A stretch of 64,000 nt of DNA from an uncultured Bacilli bacterium (lineage in GTDB: Bacteria; Bacillota_I; Bacilli_A; RF39; UBA660). This document shows positions 1-10,734 of this stretch, in pieces. The position numbers and the translations under genes are program-made. Position 1 is the stretch's first letter; each line of letters starts with the position of its first letter. The stretch is taken from positions 47,644-111,643 of the forward strand of contig CALVYK010000001.1 of assembly GCA_944372195.1 (NCBI GenBank), read 5' to 3'. A model generated the notes under the pieces. It was given only the letters and a program-made list of their open reading frames with translations, was not told the origin of the DNA and made no database searches.

Positions 1-450
1 ATTGCAATTAAAATAGGATTAATGTTTGATATTGATTTGAAAACAATTAGTGAGGCTATAAAAGAGTATAGTGGCATAGAAGGTAGATTAAATATAATAA
101 AAAATAAATATACAATTATAGATGATAGTTATAATAGTAGTTTTGAATCATTAGTAGGGGGATTAAATTTATTAAGAGGTAATGAATTAAAATATATTGT
201 ATTAGGTGATATGTTAGAATTAGGTAAATATAGTAAAAAATATCATAAAAAAATAAATAAATATTTAAAAAAAATAAAGAATAAAAAAGTATTGTTGTTA
301 GGTGAATATACTAAACAAATAAAAGGCATCCATTTTGATAATATAGAAGAAATAATTGATTATTTAAAACGAAATATAAAAGATGATTGTATTATTTATT
401 TAAAAGGTAGTAGAAAAATGAATTTAGATAAAATAAAAAATACGTTTTAG
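1..450 (+). CDS. murF: UDP-MurNAc-pentapeptide synthetase MurF, C-terminal part (5' end outside window)
   Basis: In-frame from base 1; C-terminal Mur-ligase domain with the MurF signature IIDDSYNSS and the KGSR motif. Confidence 0.7.
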   Translation: MAIKIGLMFDIDLKTISEAIKEYSGIEGRLNIIKNKYTIIDDSYNSSFESLVGGLNLLRGNELKYIVLGDMLELGKYSKKYHKKINKYLKKIKNKKVLLLGEYTKQIKGIHFDNIEEIIDYLKRNIKDDCIIYLKGSRKMNLDKIKNTF

Positions 451-1010
451 CGTATTTTTTTACTTTGTTGTGGTGTCACTTCATGTTCTAATCTATTATA
501 CAATTCTTTATGAAATTGAACTATTTCATTTATTTTAATAAGTGTGATATTAAAATCTCTAACACCATAATATGTGCAAAATAAATTACATAATTTATTT
601 AGTGATTTATTAGTTAATTGAACTTCATTACTAACATCTAATTCATCAGCCATTAAAACAAGCTTTTTTGTTTTATAAATAAGTCTAGAATAACTATATA
701 ATTGATTATATGAAATTCCGTTTTTAATTAAATACTTAATGAAGTCAACATTATCATGATAAACAATATTAGTTGCTAATAAATCTTTAGCTGGATCACT
801 TAAATTTTTATATTTTGCTGTTCTAGATATCTCTCTTGCCCTTGATGTTAAGATTTCTAAAAGTGTGTTTGAATTATCACGATAAGTATGTCTTAAATAG
901 TTTGAATGAAAAGTACTTTCTTTTTTAATTATTTGTAATTCTTCTTCTGTAATTGTTTTTAAATCCTCTCTAGTTGTAATAGTTTTAAAATCTATTCTAT
1001 TTGATGTCAT
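447..1010 (-). CDS. hypothetical protein (possibly DnaD/replisome-organizer-like); start moved to the ATG preceded by AAGGGGGA
   Basis: ORF track 447..1070; internal ATG at 1010 has a strong RBS; no recognisable catalytic motif. Confidence 0.45.
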   Translation of the reverse strand: MTSNRIDFKTITTREDLKTITEEELQIIKKESTFHSNYLRHTYRDNSNTLLEILTSRAREISRTAKYKNLSDPAKDLLATNIVYHDNVDFIKYLIKNGISYNQLYSYSRLIYKTKKLVLMADELDVSNEVQLTNKSLNKLCNLFCTYYGVRDFNITLIKINEIVQFHKELYNRLEHEVTPQQSKKIR

Positions 1011-1105
1011 AAAATTTTCCCCCTTCAAAAATACGTTTGTTATAATAACACAATTTAAAAATATTGTCAAATTTATATTTTTAATATATAATTAATAACT
1101 GGTGA

Positions 1106-2218
<1,113 letters not shown>

Positions 2219-2248
2219 AAATATGATATTATATTAATAGGTGATAGA

Positions 2249-3208
2249 ATGAAAAAATTAAGTGTATTTTTAACTGTTTTATTATTAATTATAGTTGGAT
2301 ATTATGTATATAATAATTATTTTGCTAAAGAAGAAAAAAGTAATTTTTCTAGTTTATTAAATTATTATAGTGAACAAATAAAAACAAATATTAATGAAAA
2401 AAATTATGTGTTAGAAACAACAAAAATAGATAATGATTGGATAAAAGAAAATGTTGATTTAGATATTTCTTGTGATGAGATATATTATTCTAATGATGAT
2501 AAAGTTTTACTTCATAATTGTTATATAGAAAATGAGGGACCTTATTATTATTATGATAAACTATATCAAAAGAATGATGAGTATGATAAATTATATGAAG
2601 AAATCAAAAATGAAAAAGTTGAAGTAGAAAAAGGAAATTTATTAAAAGATTTGGCTACTATTGATTTGTCTTTAGGTATTAACGAAATAGATGAGTGTGC
2701 TTCTTCTGGTATTTGTGCAGTAGGAACTCCTTTTATCATCCAAGTAAATGAAATTGAAACATATAAATTTTATGTTCTATCTGATGATGGAGAAAAATTA
2801 AATTTAATAATGGATAAAAATATAAAAAATATTGTACAATGGGCACCAAATTTTAATTCGGATGGACCGGTAACTGCTTTAGAACAATTACAACAAGAAA
2901 CAAATGATTGGACTAATTTATTAGAAAGAAATTATAAAATATCTGATGAAAATGATGATAAAGCATATCAAGATTTTTATGTTAAATCAAGAGCTATTTT
3001 ACCAACTTATTCTTTGATTTCTAATAATTTAAAGAATAAATTTATTTATGATAATCTATCTGCAACTAGTGGTTATTGGATAACTAAAGCTAGTCCTAAT
3101 AAATCATTTAATGCTTATATTGTAAATAATACTGGTGATATACAATTAGTTGATATTAGTAGTGAAGATTATGGTATCCGACCAGTTATAACAGTCTATA
3201 AGTATTGA
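2249..3208 (+). CDS. membrane-anchored hypothetical protein with C-terminal GIRPVITV (DUF1566/SVRCV-GVRAVI-like) motif
   Basis: N-terminal TM helix; C-terminal motif shared with the repeats in the 38717 gene. Confidence 0.5.
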   Translation: MKKLSVFLTVLLLIIVGYYVYNNYFAKEEKSNFSSLLNYYSEQIKTNINEKNYVLETTKIDNDWIKENVDLDISCDEIYYSNDDKVLLHNCYIENEGPYYYYDKLYQKNDEYDKLYEEIKNEKVEVEKGNLLKDLATIDLSLGINEIDECASSGICAVGTPFIIQVNEIETYKFYVLSDDGEKLNLIMDKNIKNIVQWAPNFNSDGPVTALEQLQQETNDWTNLLERNYKISDENDDKAYQDFYVKSRAILPTYSLISNNLKNKFIYDNLSATSGYWITKASPNKSFNAYIVNNTGDIQLVDISSEDYGIRPVITVYKY

Positions 3209-3257
3209 TTTCAATACTTTTTTTATGATATAATTTAATAGTTAAGGAAGGTTAAAT

Positions 3258-5381
3258 ATGAACGAAAATATAGTAAAAAATACAAGTATAGAATTAAATA
3301 TAAAACCAAAACAAGTAGAAACTGTTTTAAAATTGTTAAGTGAAGGGAATACAATACCTTTTATTGCAAGATATAGAAAAGAAGCAACATGTGCTTTAAA
3401 TGAAGAACAAATTAGAAAAATTAGTGAGATATACGAATATCAAGTTAATTTATTAAAAAGAAAAGAAGATGTTATTAGATTAATTGATGAAAAGGGATTA
3501 TTAACCGATGAATTAAAAAATAGTATATTAAATGCTAGTAAATTAGTAGAAGTTGAAGATTTATATAGACCATACAAAGAAAAGAAAAAAACAAAAGCAA
3601 CAGATGCTATTAATAATGGATTAGAGCCACTAGCTAAAATAATTATGTCTTTTCCTAATAAAGAAATTGATTATTCTAAATTTATTAATGATAAAGTTAA
3701 AACTAACGATGATGCCATAATGGGATCTAAATATATAATTGCTGAATGGATTAGCGATAATGCACATTATCGTAAATCAATTAGAAATTATACATTTAGA
3801 AATGGAATAATTGTTACTAAATTAAAAAAAGATGACGTTGATGAAAATAAAGTTTATGAAATGTATTATAATTATCAAGAAAAAGTGCGTGAAATAAAAC
3901 CCCATCGTGTTTTAGCTATTAATCGTGCTGAAAAAGAAAAGGTAATAACTGTTAATATTGATATTAACAAAGATGATATAATTAACAATTTAAAATCAAA
4001 AATAATTAAAAATGATAAATCAACAGTTACAGATATAGTAATGGATGCTATAAATGATGCTTATAAAAGATTGATAGCTCCATCTATTGAAAGAGAAATA
4101 AGAAGTGAATTAACAGAAAAAGCGGAAGAAGTTGCTATCGATAATTTTGGTAAAAATTTAGAAAAATTATTATTGCAACCACCGATGAAAGATAAAATGG
4201 TTTTAGGTTTAGATCCTGCTTATCGAACAGGTTGTAAATTAGCTGTTTTATCTCCAGTTGGGCAAACTTTAGAAATAGCAGTTATCTATCCTCATGAACC
4301 AGTAAAGAAATATGAAGAAGCTAAAAAAATAGTTTTAGATTTAATTAAAAAATATAATATTGACATTATCGCAATTGGTAATGGCACTGCCTCAAGAGAA
4401 AGTGAAGCTTTTATTGCCGATGTTATTAAAGATTGTGACAGAAAAGTAGAATATATAATTGTAAGTGAAGCAGGAGCGAGTGTTTATTCTGCTAGTAAAA
4501 TTGCTATTGAAGAGTTTCCTGATTTAACTGTTGAAAAAAGAAGTGCAATTAGTATTGGTAGAAGATTACAAGATCCTTTAGCAGAATTAGTTAAAATTGA
4601 ACCGGAAAGTATTGGTGTTGGGTTATATCAACATGATGTTTCAAATAAAAGATTAACTGAAAGCTTAGATTTTGTAGTTAGTAGTGCTGTTAATAAAGTT
4701 GGTGTAAATGTCAACACTGCTAGTCCACCTTTATTTAAATATGTATCAGGTATAACTAAAAAAAATATTGATAAAATATTAGAATATCGTAATAAAAATA
4801 GAATACAAAATAGAAATGAATTAAAAAAATTATTATCTGATAAAACATATGAACAAGCAATTGGATTTTTAAGAGTTGTTGATGGCACTAATCCTTTAGA
4901 TGTAACTAGTATCCATCCCGAAAGTTATGATATTACGTTAAAATTATTGGATATGTTAAATTTAGATATTAAAGATTTAGGTAGTGAAAAGATAAACAAT
5001 TTAAATATTGATGTCGAAGAATATAGTAAAAAACTAAATACTGATATTTATACATTACAAGATATAGTCGATGCTTTAAAGAAACCTAATCGTGATCCAC
5101 GTGATGAAATGCCCAAACCAATTTTAAAAAGTGATATATTACATATTGAAGATTTAAAAGTAGGTATGAAATTACAAGGAACAGTAAGAAATGTTGTTGA
5201 CTTTGGAGTTTTTATTGATATTGGCTTAAAAAATGATGGATTAGCGCATATTTCTAAATTAACTAATAGATATATTAAACATCCAATGGAAGTAGTTAAT
5301 GTTGGTGATATAGTAGATTGCTACGTTGATGATATTAATTTAGAAAAAAATAAAGTTTCATTATCATTGTTAGAAAGGTAA
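3258..5381 (+). CDS. tex: transcription accessory protein Tex (S1 domain RNA-binding)
   Basis: 707 aa; YqgF/HhH/S1 architecture; C-terminal S1 motif GMKLQGTVRNVVDFGVFIDIG. Confidence 0.9.
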   Translation: MNENIVKNTSIELNIKPKQVETVLKLLSEGNTIPFIARYRKEATCALNEEQIRKISEIYEYQVNLLKRKEDVIRLIDEKGLLTDELKNSILNASKLVEVEDLYRPYKEKKKTKATDAINNGLEPLAKIIMSFPNKEIDYSKFINDKVKTNDDAIMGSKYIIAEWISDNAHYRKSIRNYTFRNGIIVTKLKKDDVDENKVYEMYYNYQEKVREIKPHRVLAINRAEKEKVITVNIDINKDDIINNLKSKIIKNDKSTVTDIVMDAINDAYKRLIAPSIEREIRSELTEKAEEVAIDNFGKNLEKLLLQPPMKDKMVLGLDPAYRTGCKLAVLSPVGQTLEIAVIYPHEPVKKYEEAKKIVLDLIKKYNIDIIAIGNGTASRESEAFIADVIKDCDRKVEYIIVSEAGASVYSASKIAIEEFPDLTVEKRSAISIGRRLQDPLAELVKIEPESIGVGLYQHDVSNKRLTESLDFVVSSAVNKVGVNVNTASPPLFKYVSGITKKNIDKILEYRNKNRIQNRNELKKLLSDKTYEQAIGFLRVVDGTNPLDVTSIHPESYDITLKLLDMLNLDIKDLGSEKINNLNIDVEEYSKKLNTDIYTLQDIVDALKKPNRDPRDEMPKPILKSDILHIEDLKVGMKLQGTVRNVVDFGVFIDIGLKNDGLAHISKLTNRYIKHPMEVVNVGDIVDCYVDDINLEKNKVSLSLLER

Positions 5382-5385
5382 TTTT

Positions 5386-5790
5386 ATGAAAAAAATAATT
5401 ATATTTTTAAGTTGTTTTATATTAACAGGTTGTTTTGAAAATAGTGGTTATTTAGTTAAAAGTTGTGAAAAGCAAGAAAAATCTGATGATTTAACTTCGA
5501 CAACTATTTATACGTTTGGTTTTAAAAATGATGTGATTGATGATTTAAAAATTACTTATGATAATATTGGTAGTAGTAATACTATTTCGTCTATTAAATT
5601 ATCACTTGAAACACAAAATAAATTTTCTAATTTAGAATATAATATTTTAGTAGATAATGAAAATGAATATAAAATAGAATATAGTGTACCTTTAGATAGC
5701 AATAAAGAATTATTAGATAAACTTAATGTTAAACAAAGTAGAACAGATTTAGTAAAAACATTAAAAGAATTAGGGTATACTTGTGAGTAG
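5386..5790 (+). CDS. lipoprotein, hypothetical
   Basis: Signal peptide with lipobox LTGC. Confidence 0.5.
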   Translation: MKKIIIFLSCFILTGCFENSGYLVKSCEKQEKSDDLTSTTIYTFGFKNDVIDDLKITYDNIGSSNTISSIKLSLETQNKFSNLEYNILVDNENEYKIEYSVPLDSNKELLDKLNVKQSRTDLVKTLKELGYTCE

Positions 5791-5797
5791 GTGAAAA

Positions 5798-6325
5798 ATG
5801 AAAAAAATATTATTGATACTTTTGTTATTAGTAGGATGTAGCAATAAAAATGATATTGATAAATTTAAAGAAGAATATGAATCTTTAAATGATTCTAATA
5901 TTGAAGTAAATATAGATAGTAATTATAATATTAAATATTTAAGTATTGATGAGGTTGTAACATTTTTAGAAAATGATACAGGTATATTGCTTTTTGGTAT
6001 TTCTAATGATGGCATGACCCGTTCAGTTGTTGAAACATTATTAGAAGTTGCCAAAGAAAATAAATTAAATTTATATTATTATAATCCTAGCAATATAGAA
6101 GAAAATGAGTCTTTCTCCAAAATGATTGGTATATTAAATGATTATCTACAAACAAACGAGGATAATCAAAAGGTGTTATCAGTTCCTGATGTTTATTTTG
6201 TTAAAGACGGTAAAATAATTGGTAATCATTATGGAACAGTTAATTCTAATAATGTTATATTAAATGAAGAAGAAAAAGAAGAGTTATATAATATTTATAA
6301 TAAATTAGCGCAAGGAGTTAAATAA
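5798..6325 (+). CDS. lipoprotein, hypothetical
   Basis: Signal peptide with lipobox LVGCS. Confidence 0.5.
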   Translation: MKKILLILLLLVGCSNKNDIDKFKEEYESLNDSNIEVNIDSNYNIKYLSIDEVVTFLENDTGILLFGISNDGMTRSVVETLLEVAKENKLNLYYYNPSNIEENESFSKMIGILNDYLQTNEDNQKVLSVPDVYFVKDGKIIGNHYGTVNSNNVILNEEEKEELYNIYNKLAQGVK

Positions 6326-6834
6326 TGGAAAAAATAGTTGAGATATTTATAAATTTATTTGGCGGAATAACTAGTATTAGTTATGGTAAAGAGATATTAA
6401 TATTTTTAATATCGATGATGCCGATTTTAGAATTAAGGGGTGGCATTTTAGCTGCAGCTTTACTAAATATGGATCCTAAAAATAGTTTTATTGTTTGTTT
6501 ATTGGGTAATATAATAGTTATTCCAATCGCTTTGTTTTTATTAGAATTGATATTTAAATTATTAAGAAAAATTAATTTTTTTGATAAAATCATAACTAAA
6601 ATAGAAAATAAATGCTTAAGTAAAAGAGAACAATTAGACAAATATGGTTATTTAGGACTGTTGCTGTTTGTTGGCATTCCTTTACCTGGGACAGGTGCTT
6701 GGACAGGATGCTTTTTAGCTTCTCTACTTGGAATGGATAAGAAAAAATCAGCTGTTGCAGCTATATTAGGGGTTTTAATGGCTGGTATAATTATGATGAT
6801 ATTATCATTTGGCGTATTAAAAAAGATTTTTTAA
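6325..6834 (+). CDS. small multidrug-export-like membrane protein (COG2426/PF06695-like)
   Basis: Four TM helices; LELRGGI motif near the N-terminus. Confidence 0.5.
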   Translation: MEKIVEIFINLFGGITSISYGKEILIFLISMMPILELRGGILAAALLNMDPKNSFIVCLLGNIIVIPIALFLLELIFKLLRKINFFDKIITKIENKCLSKREQLDKYGYLGLLLFVGIPLPGTGAWTGCFLASLLGMDKKKSAVAAILGVLMAGIIMMILSFGVLKKIF

Positions 6835-7601
6835 AATAAGAAAAATCTTTTTTGTTTTTCGATTGCTTCTAAAAAATTTGGTGGCATATATTGTTGGTCT
6901 TCAAAATTAAATAATTGATTATACAAATCCCATAGTTCTTTATCTTTTCCTAATGGTGTATTTATCATTATTCTTTTGTTTGAAATAACTGTTGGAATAT
7001 GATAATAAAACATATATAAAACAATTATATTGTACAAAAATAAATCTAATCTTTCATCTAGTGGTAAAATATTTAAATATGTATTAGTTAATGCTTTAGG
7101 AAAACTATCTGTTTTATATTGATTTATTGTCGAATTGTCCAAATCGCATATGTATACTTTATCACTATTAATTAAAATATTAGAAGCATTAAGGTCACCT
7201 ATAATAATGTTATTCTTATGAGCCTCATTTATTAATTGTTTAATTTTTTTTAATATAATAATTTTTTTTTGGCGACTTTTAAATAGAAATTCATCTAAAG
7301 TAGATGATGGAATAAAATCTATTGTGTAACCTCTAAATTCTCCATCTATAAAAATTAATTCTTTTGCTTTAATAAAACTATCACTTAAATTGATAGTATC
7401 CAAGCATTCTAATTTGTTTTTTTTATTTTGAAGAACGCTTAGATCATATTGAGCATATTTTTTATTTTCATTTTTTCTTCTAAATATTTTAAAAACTTTA
7501 TTATTTTTTATATATAATACACTTTCATAACTTAAATTTGTTAAAATTTTCATATTCTGCAATTCAGTCTCAGTAATATTTATAATATTCATAAATCTCA
7601 C
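6831..7601 (-). CDS. phosphotransferase (APH/choline-kinase-like) family protein
   Basis: Brenner-type motif HKNNIIIGDLNASNILIN followed by ICDLD. Confidence 0.55.
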   Translation of the reverse strand: MRFMNIINITETELQNMKILTNLSYESVLYIKNNKVFKIFRRKNENKKYAQYDLSVLQNKKNKLECLDTINLSDSFIKAKELIFIDGEFRGYTIDFIPSSTLDEFLFKSRQKKIIILKKIKQLINEAHKNNIIIGDLNASNILINSDKVYICDLDNSTINQYKTDSFPKALTNTYLNILPLDERLDLFLYNIIVLYMFYYHIPTVISNKRIMINTPLGKDKELWDLYNQLFNFEDQQYMPPNFLEAIEKQKRFFLF

Positions 7602-7725
7602 CTATAAATATTATATCGTAATTAATTGAATTATCAAATGTTATTTATATAATTAATCATTTAAAATTACAAAAATGTCATATTATTTTATTTATATTTA
7701 GTGTATAATTTAGTTGGGTGGAATT

Positions 7726-8391
7726 ATGAAAATATTAATTGTCGAAGATGATGCTACTATAAGAAGTGGTTTAAAATATTGTTTAGAATATGAAAATTTT
7801 GAAGTTGATGAAGCAATAGGTATTGATTGTTTAGATAAATTAGATAATGTTTCTTTAATTTTATTAGATTTAAATTTACCTGATACTAATGGTTTTGATT
7901 TGTTTAAAAAAATAAAAGAAATTAAGAATATTCCAATTATATTTTTAACGGCTAATGATTTGGAACCTTCCATAGTTATGGGATTAGATATGGGAGCCGA
8001 TGATTATGTAACTAAACCGTTTAAAACAAGAGAATTAATATCAAGAATTAAAAATGTTTTAAGAAGAAATAATCATTATGATCTTATAAAAATAAAAAAT
8101 ATTACAATTGATTTAAAACAAGCTAAAGTATTCAAAAATGGAAAAGACGTTAATTTAACAGCTTTAGAATATAAAATATTATTAACTTTGGCTCTTAATC
8201 CTAATCAAGTATTTACTCGGGAAAAGATTTTAGCTGATATTTGGGATGTTAATGAAGAATATGTATATGATAATACTTTAACTGTTTATATTAAAAGAAT
8301 AAGAGAAAAAATAGAAGATGATGTAACTAATCCGAAAATTATTAAAACAGTAAGAGGAATCGGCTATAAAATAGGTGATGAGAGTGAATAA
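7726..8391 (+). CDS. OmpR-family response regulator; start set at MKILIVEDD
   Basis: REC plus winged-helix domains; extended -10 TGTATAAT at 7702-7709 excludes the longer ORF-track start. Confidence 0.88.
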   Translation: MKILIVEDDATIRSGLKYCLEYENFEVDEAIGIDCLDKLDNVSLILLDLNLPDTNGFDLFKKIKEIKNIPIIFLTANDLEPSIVMGLDMGADDYVTKPFKTRELISRIKNVLRRNNHYDLIKIKNITIDLKQAKVFKNGKDVNLTALEYKILLTLALNPNQVFTREKILADIWDVNEEYVYDNTLTVYIKRIREKIEDDVTNPKIIKTVRGIGYKIGDESE

Positions 8392-9541
8392 AAAATATTT
8401 TATTGTTAATTTTATAGCTATTTTGATTATTATACTATTTTATTTTTTAATTTCTAATGTTATTAATAATAATTATGAAAAACAAATAATTGATAATGAA
8501 AGTTATTTAATTGGTAATTTAATAACTAAACATCCTGATTTAAAAGAAGATATAATATCAAGTTATTTAATTAAAGATAATTATGAAATAGGTAATGATT
8601 TAATAAATGAATACAATTTAATTACTATTAAAAATAACAATATTATTATTTTATTATATTGTTTAATAAGTGCTTTAGTATTATTTGTAATTAATTTTAT
8701 TTATATTAGAAATATCTACAAAAAAATAAGTAAAATTGATAAATATATGAACAATATTTTAAATGATGATTATTCAATTGATATTAAAGATTATTGTGAA
8801 GGGGATATTAGTAATTTAAAAAACGATATATATAAAATGACTATTAAATTAAAAGAACAAAGTGAGTTACTAATTAAAGAGAAAAAGTATTTAGAAGAAA
8901 CTTTACAAGATATATCTCATCAAATCAAAACACCTTTAACTAGTATGTATATGATAAATGATATTTTATTTAATTCCAAAGACCAAAATGTTAAAAAAGA
9001 ATTTTTAATAAAAAATAAAAATCAAATTGAAAGGATTGAATGGTTGGTAACTAGTTTACTTAAACTATCAAGACTAGAAAGTGGAACAGTTAAATTAAAA
9101 AAAGAAAAAATAAATTTAAAAGAATTAATAGATAAAGCCATTGAACCAATTAATGTTTTTTTAGAACTAAAAAATATTAAATTAATTAAAAATATCGAAG
9201 ATACTACTATTAATGTTGATATTAATTGGACTGTTGAAGCATTACTTAATATAATTAAAAATGCATGTGAACATACTCTTGATAAAATAGAAATAATAGG
9301 TAGTACTAATCCTCTTTATACCGAAATAAAAATAGTTGATAATGGTGTAGGTATTAGTAAAAAAGATATTAAACATATTTTTGAACGATTTTATAAGGGA
9401 AATCACAATAAAGAAAGTATCGGAATTGGGCTTAATATGTCTAAAAAAATAATTAATCTACAAAATGGTTTAATTGAGGTATCTTCTAAAGAAGGTGTTG
9501 GTAGTACTTTTATAATTAAGCTATATAAAAATAATTTGTGA
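8375..9541 (+). CDS. sensor histidine kinase (two TM helices, HisKA, HATPase_c)
   Basis: H-box LQDISHQIKTPLT, N and G boxes; overlaps the response-regulator stop codon. Confidence 0.85.
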   Translation: MMRVNKKYFIVNFIAILIIILFYFLISNVINNNYEKQIIDNESYLIGNLITKHPDLKEDIISSYLIKDNYEIGNDLINEYNLITIKNNNIIILLYCLISALVLFVINFIYIRNIYKKISKIDKYMNNILNDDYSIDIKDYCEGDISNLKNDIYKMTIKLKEQSELLIKEKKYLEETLQDISHQIKTPLTSMYMINDILFNSKDQNVKKEFLIKNKNQIERIEWLVTSLLKLSRLESGTVKLKKEKINLKELIDKAIEPINVFLELKNIKLIKNIEDTTINVDINWTVEALLNIIKNACEHTLDKIEIIGSTNPLYTEIKIVDNGVGISKKDIKHIFERFYKGNHNKESIGIGLNMSKKIINLQNGLIEVSSKEGVGSTFIIKLYKNNL

Positions 9542-9543
9542 CG

Positions 9544-9569
9544 AAATTGTAATTAATTTAGTCATTTAA
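9544..9569 (+). promoter_or_regulatory. conserved upstream motif AAATTGT(A/C)A(C/T)-N6-AGTCATTTAA (copy 1 of 3); candidate response-regulator direct-repeat site or promoter
   Basis: Near-identical 60-70 nt 5' regions at 9541-9613, 10972-10999 and 14264-14334 precede all three ABC genes. Confidence 0.45.
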
Positions 9570-9613
9570 TTGTAATAATTATTTAATATAATTATCTTGG
9601 AAGGAGAAATAAT

Positions 9614-10297
9614 ATGGAAATATTAAAAGTAGAAAATTTGTGCAAAAATTATGGTAAAGGAGAAACTTTAGTAAAAGCTTTAGATAATGTTAGCTTTTCA
9701 GTTGAAAAAGGTGAGTTTATTGCTATAGTAGGAAGTAGTGGTTCAGGTAAATCAACTTTATTACATATTTTAGGTGGTGTAGATAGACCAACAAGTGGAA
9801 AAGTATTTGTTGATGGAGTTGATGTATATAAATTAAACGAAACTAATTTAGCAATATTCCGTCGTCGTCAAGTTGGTTTAATTTATCAATTTTATAATTT
9901 GATTCCTATATTAAATATTAAAGAAAATATAACTTTGCCAATTTTATTAGATAATAAAAAACCAGATGAAAAATATTTAAATGAATTAATTGAAACATTA
10001 GGATTAAGTAAAAGAGTAAATCATTTACCTAATGAATTATCAGGTGGTCAACAACAAAGAGTTAGTATTGGTAGAGCTTTGATGAATAGACCGGCTTTAT
10101 TGTTAGCTGATGAACCAACTGGTAACTTGGATAGTAAAGCAGGACGTGAAATAATTGAATTATTAAAACTATCTAATCAAAAATATAAACAAACTATTAT
10201 TATGATTACTCATGATCATAATTTAGCTCTATGTGCCGATAGAATAATTACTTTAGAAGATGGTAAAATAATAAGTGATGAAAAAAATAATAAATAA
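9614..10297 (+). CDS. ABC transporter ATP-binding protein (MacB/BceA/LolD type)
   Basis: Walker A GSSGSGKST, signature LSGGQQQRV, Walker B LLLADEPT. Confidence 0.9.
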   Translation: MEILKVENLCKNYGKGETLVKALDNVSFSVEKGEFIAIVGSSGSGKSTLLHILGGVDRPTSGKVFVDGVDVYKLNETNLAIFRRRQVGLIYQFYNLIPILNIKENITLPILLDNKKPDEKYLNELIETLGLSKRVNHLPNELSGGQQQRVSIGRALMNRPALLLADEPTGNLDSKAGREIIELLKLSNQKYKQTIIMITHDHNLALCADRIITLEDGKIISDEKNNK

Positions 10298-10300
10298 TGT

Positions 10301-10329
10301 TTGACAAAATAATTAATTTATAGTAAAAT
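10301..10329 (+). promoter_or_regulatory. sigmaA promoter, module copy 1
   Basis: TTGACA (10301-6), 17-nt spacer, TAAAAT (10324-9). Confidence 0.7.
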
Positions 10330-10335
10330 GTATAT

Positions 10336-10454
10336 AGATATGAATTATTTCATATATTAAAAAAAGAGATACATTTAATTTTGGATGTTAAGTGTTTTCT
10401 CTAATTATGTTTTGTTGAGAAAACACCGTTCAAAGAAGAATCGGTGTTTTCGTT
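10336..10454 (+). ncRNA. plus-strand leader/sRNA copy 1 with hairpin-1, antiterminator and terminator alternatives
   Basis: Hairpin ACATTTAA...TTAAGTGT; GTGTTTTCTC (10398-10407) is complementary to the terminator left arm GAGAAAACAC (10418-10427). Terminator stem GAAAACACCG/CGGTGTTTTC followed by GTTT. Confidence 0.55.
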
Positions 10455-10472
10455 TAAGATTAGTCCTTATTT

Positions 10473-10559
10473 TTAAGGACTAGGATTGTGTAAAGAACAA
10501 TCATAGCAAATGCTACAATTAGTTGCATTATATATCCTTTCTATAGTTTTAATTTCCAT
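10473..10559 (-). CDS. micro-ORF 1 (28 aa) MEIKTIERIYNATNCSICYDCSLHNPSP
   Basis: RBS GGAGGTGAT (10563-71) at consensus spacing; two in-frame paralogs follow; stop codon sits inside hairpin TAGTCCTTA..TAAGGACTA (10461-82). Confidence 0.5.
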   Translation of the reverse strand: MEIKTIERIYNATNCSICYDCSLHNPSP

Positions 10560-10632
10560 AGAATCACCTCCATCTTTAAAATAAATTAAAAATAGAGTAA
10601 AACACCTAACTATTAAACATATCTCTAAATTA

Positions 10633-10661
10633 ATTATAAATTAATTTAATATAAAAGTCAA
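10633..10661 (-). promoter_or_regulatory. minus-strand sigmaA promoter for micro-ORF 1
   Basis: -35 TTGACT (complement of 10656-61), 17-nt spacer, -10 TATAAT (complement of 10633-8). Confidence 0.65.
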
Positions 10662-10690
10662 CTATAAATTAATTATTTTGCGGATTAATA

Positions 10691-10719
10691 TTGACAGTGA
10701 TGTTAATTTATAGTAAAAT
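10691..10719 (+). promoter_or_regulatory. sigmaA promoter of the degenerate module copy
   Basis: TTGACA, 17 nt, TAAAAT. Confidence 0.55.
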
Positions 10720-10734
10720 AAATATATATATGAA

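Noticed and set aside
4628-4888. Antisense and overlapping small ORFs at 4628-4888, 6381-6641, 7710-7973, 14637-14837, 16641-16877, 18385-18585, 19820-20257, 29020-29334, 38113-38358, 38994-39218, 39590-39784, 39885-40112, 40912-41145, 43693-43881, 44470-44793, 45025-45249, 52082-52318, 53356-53619, 54427-54807, 58709-59044, 60222-60446 and 63467-63661
   Set aside because: Each lies wholly inside a well-supported gene on the opposite strand and lacks an RBS or homology. This is a typical artefact of long codon-biased genes.
10330-10362. 10-codon plus-strand ORF MYIDMNYFIY at the start of the leader RNA
   Set aside because: It starts at or before the predicted transcription start, has no RBS and is not conserved in frame across copies (copy 2 and 3 differ). 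The palindrome explains the conservation better.
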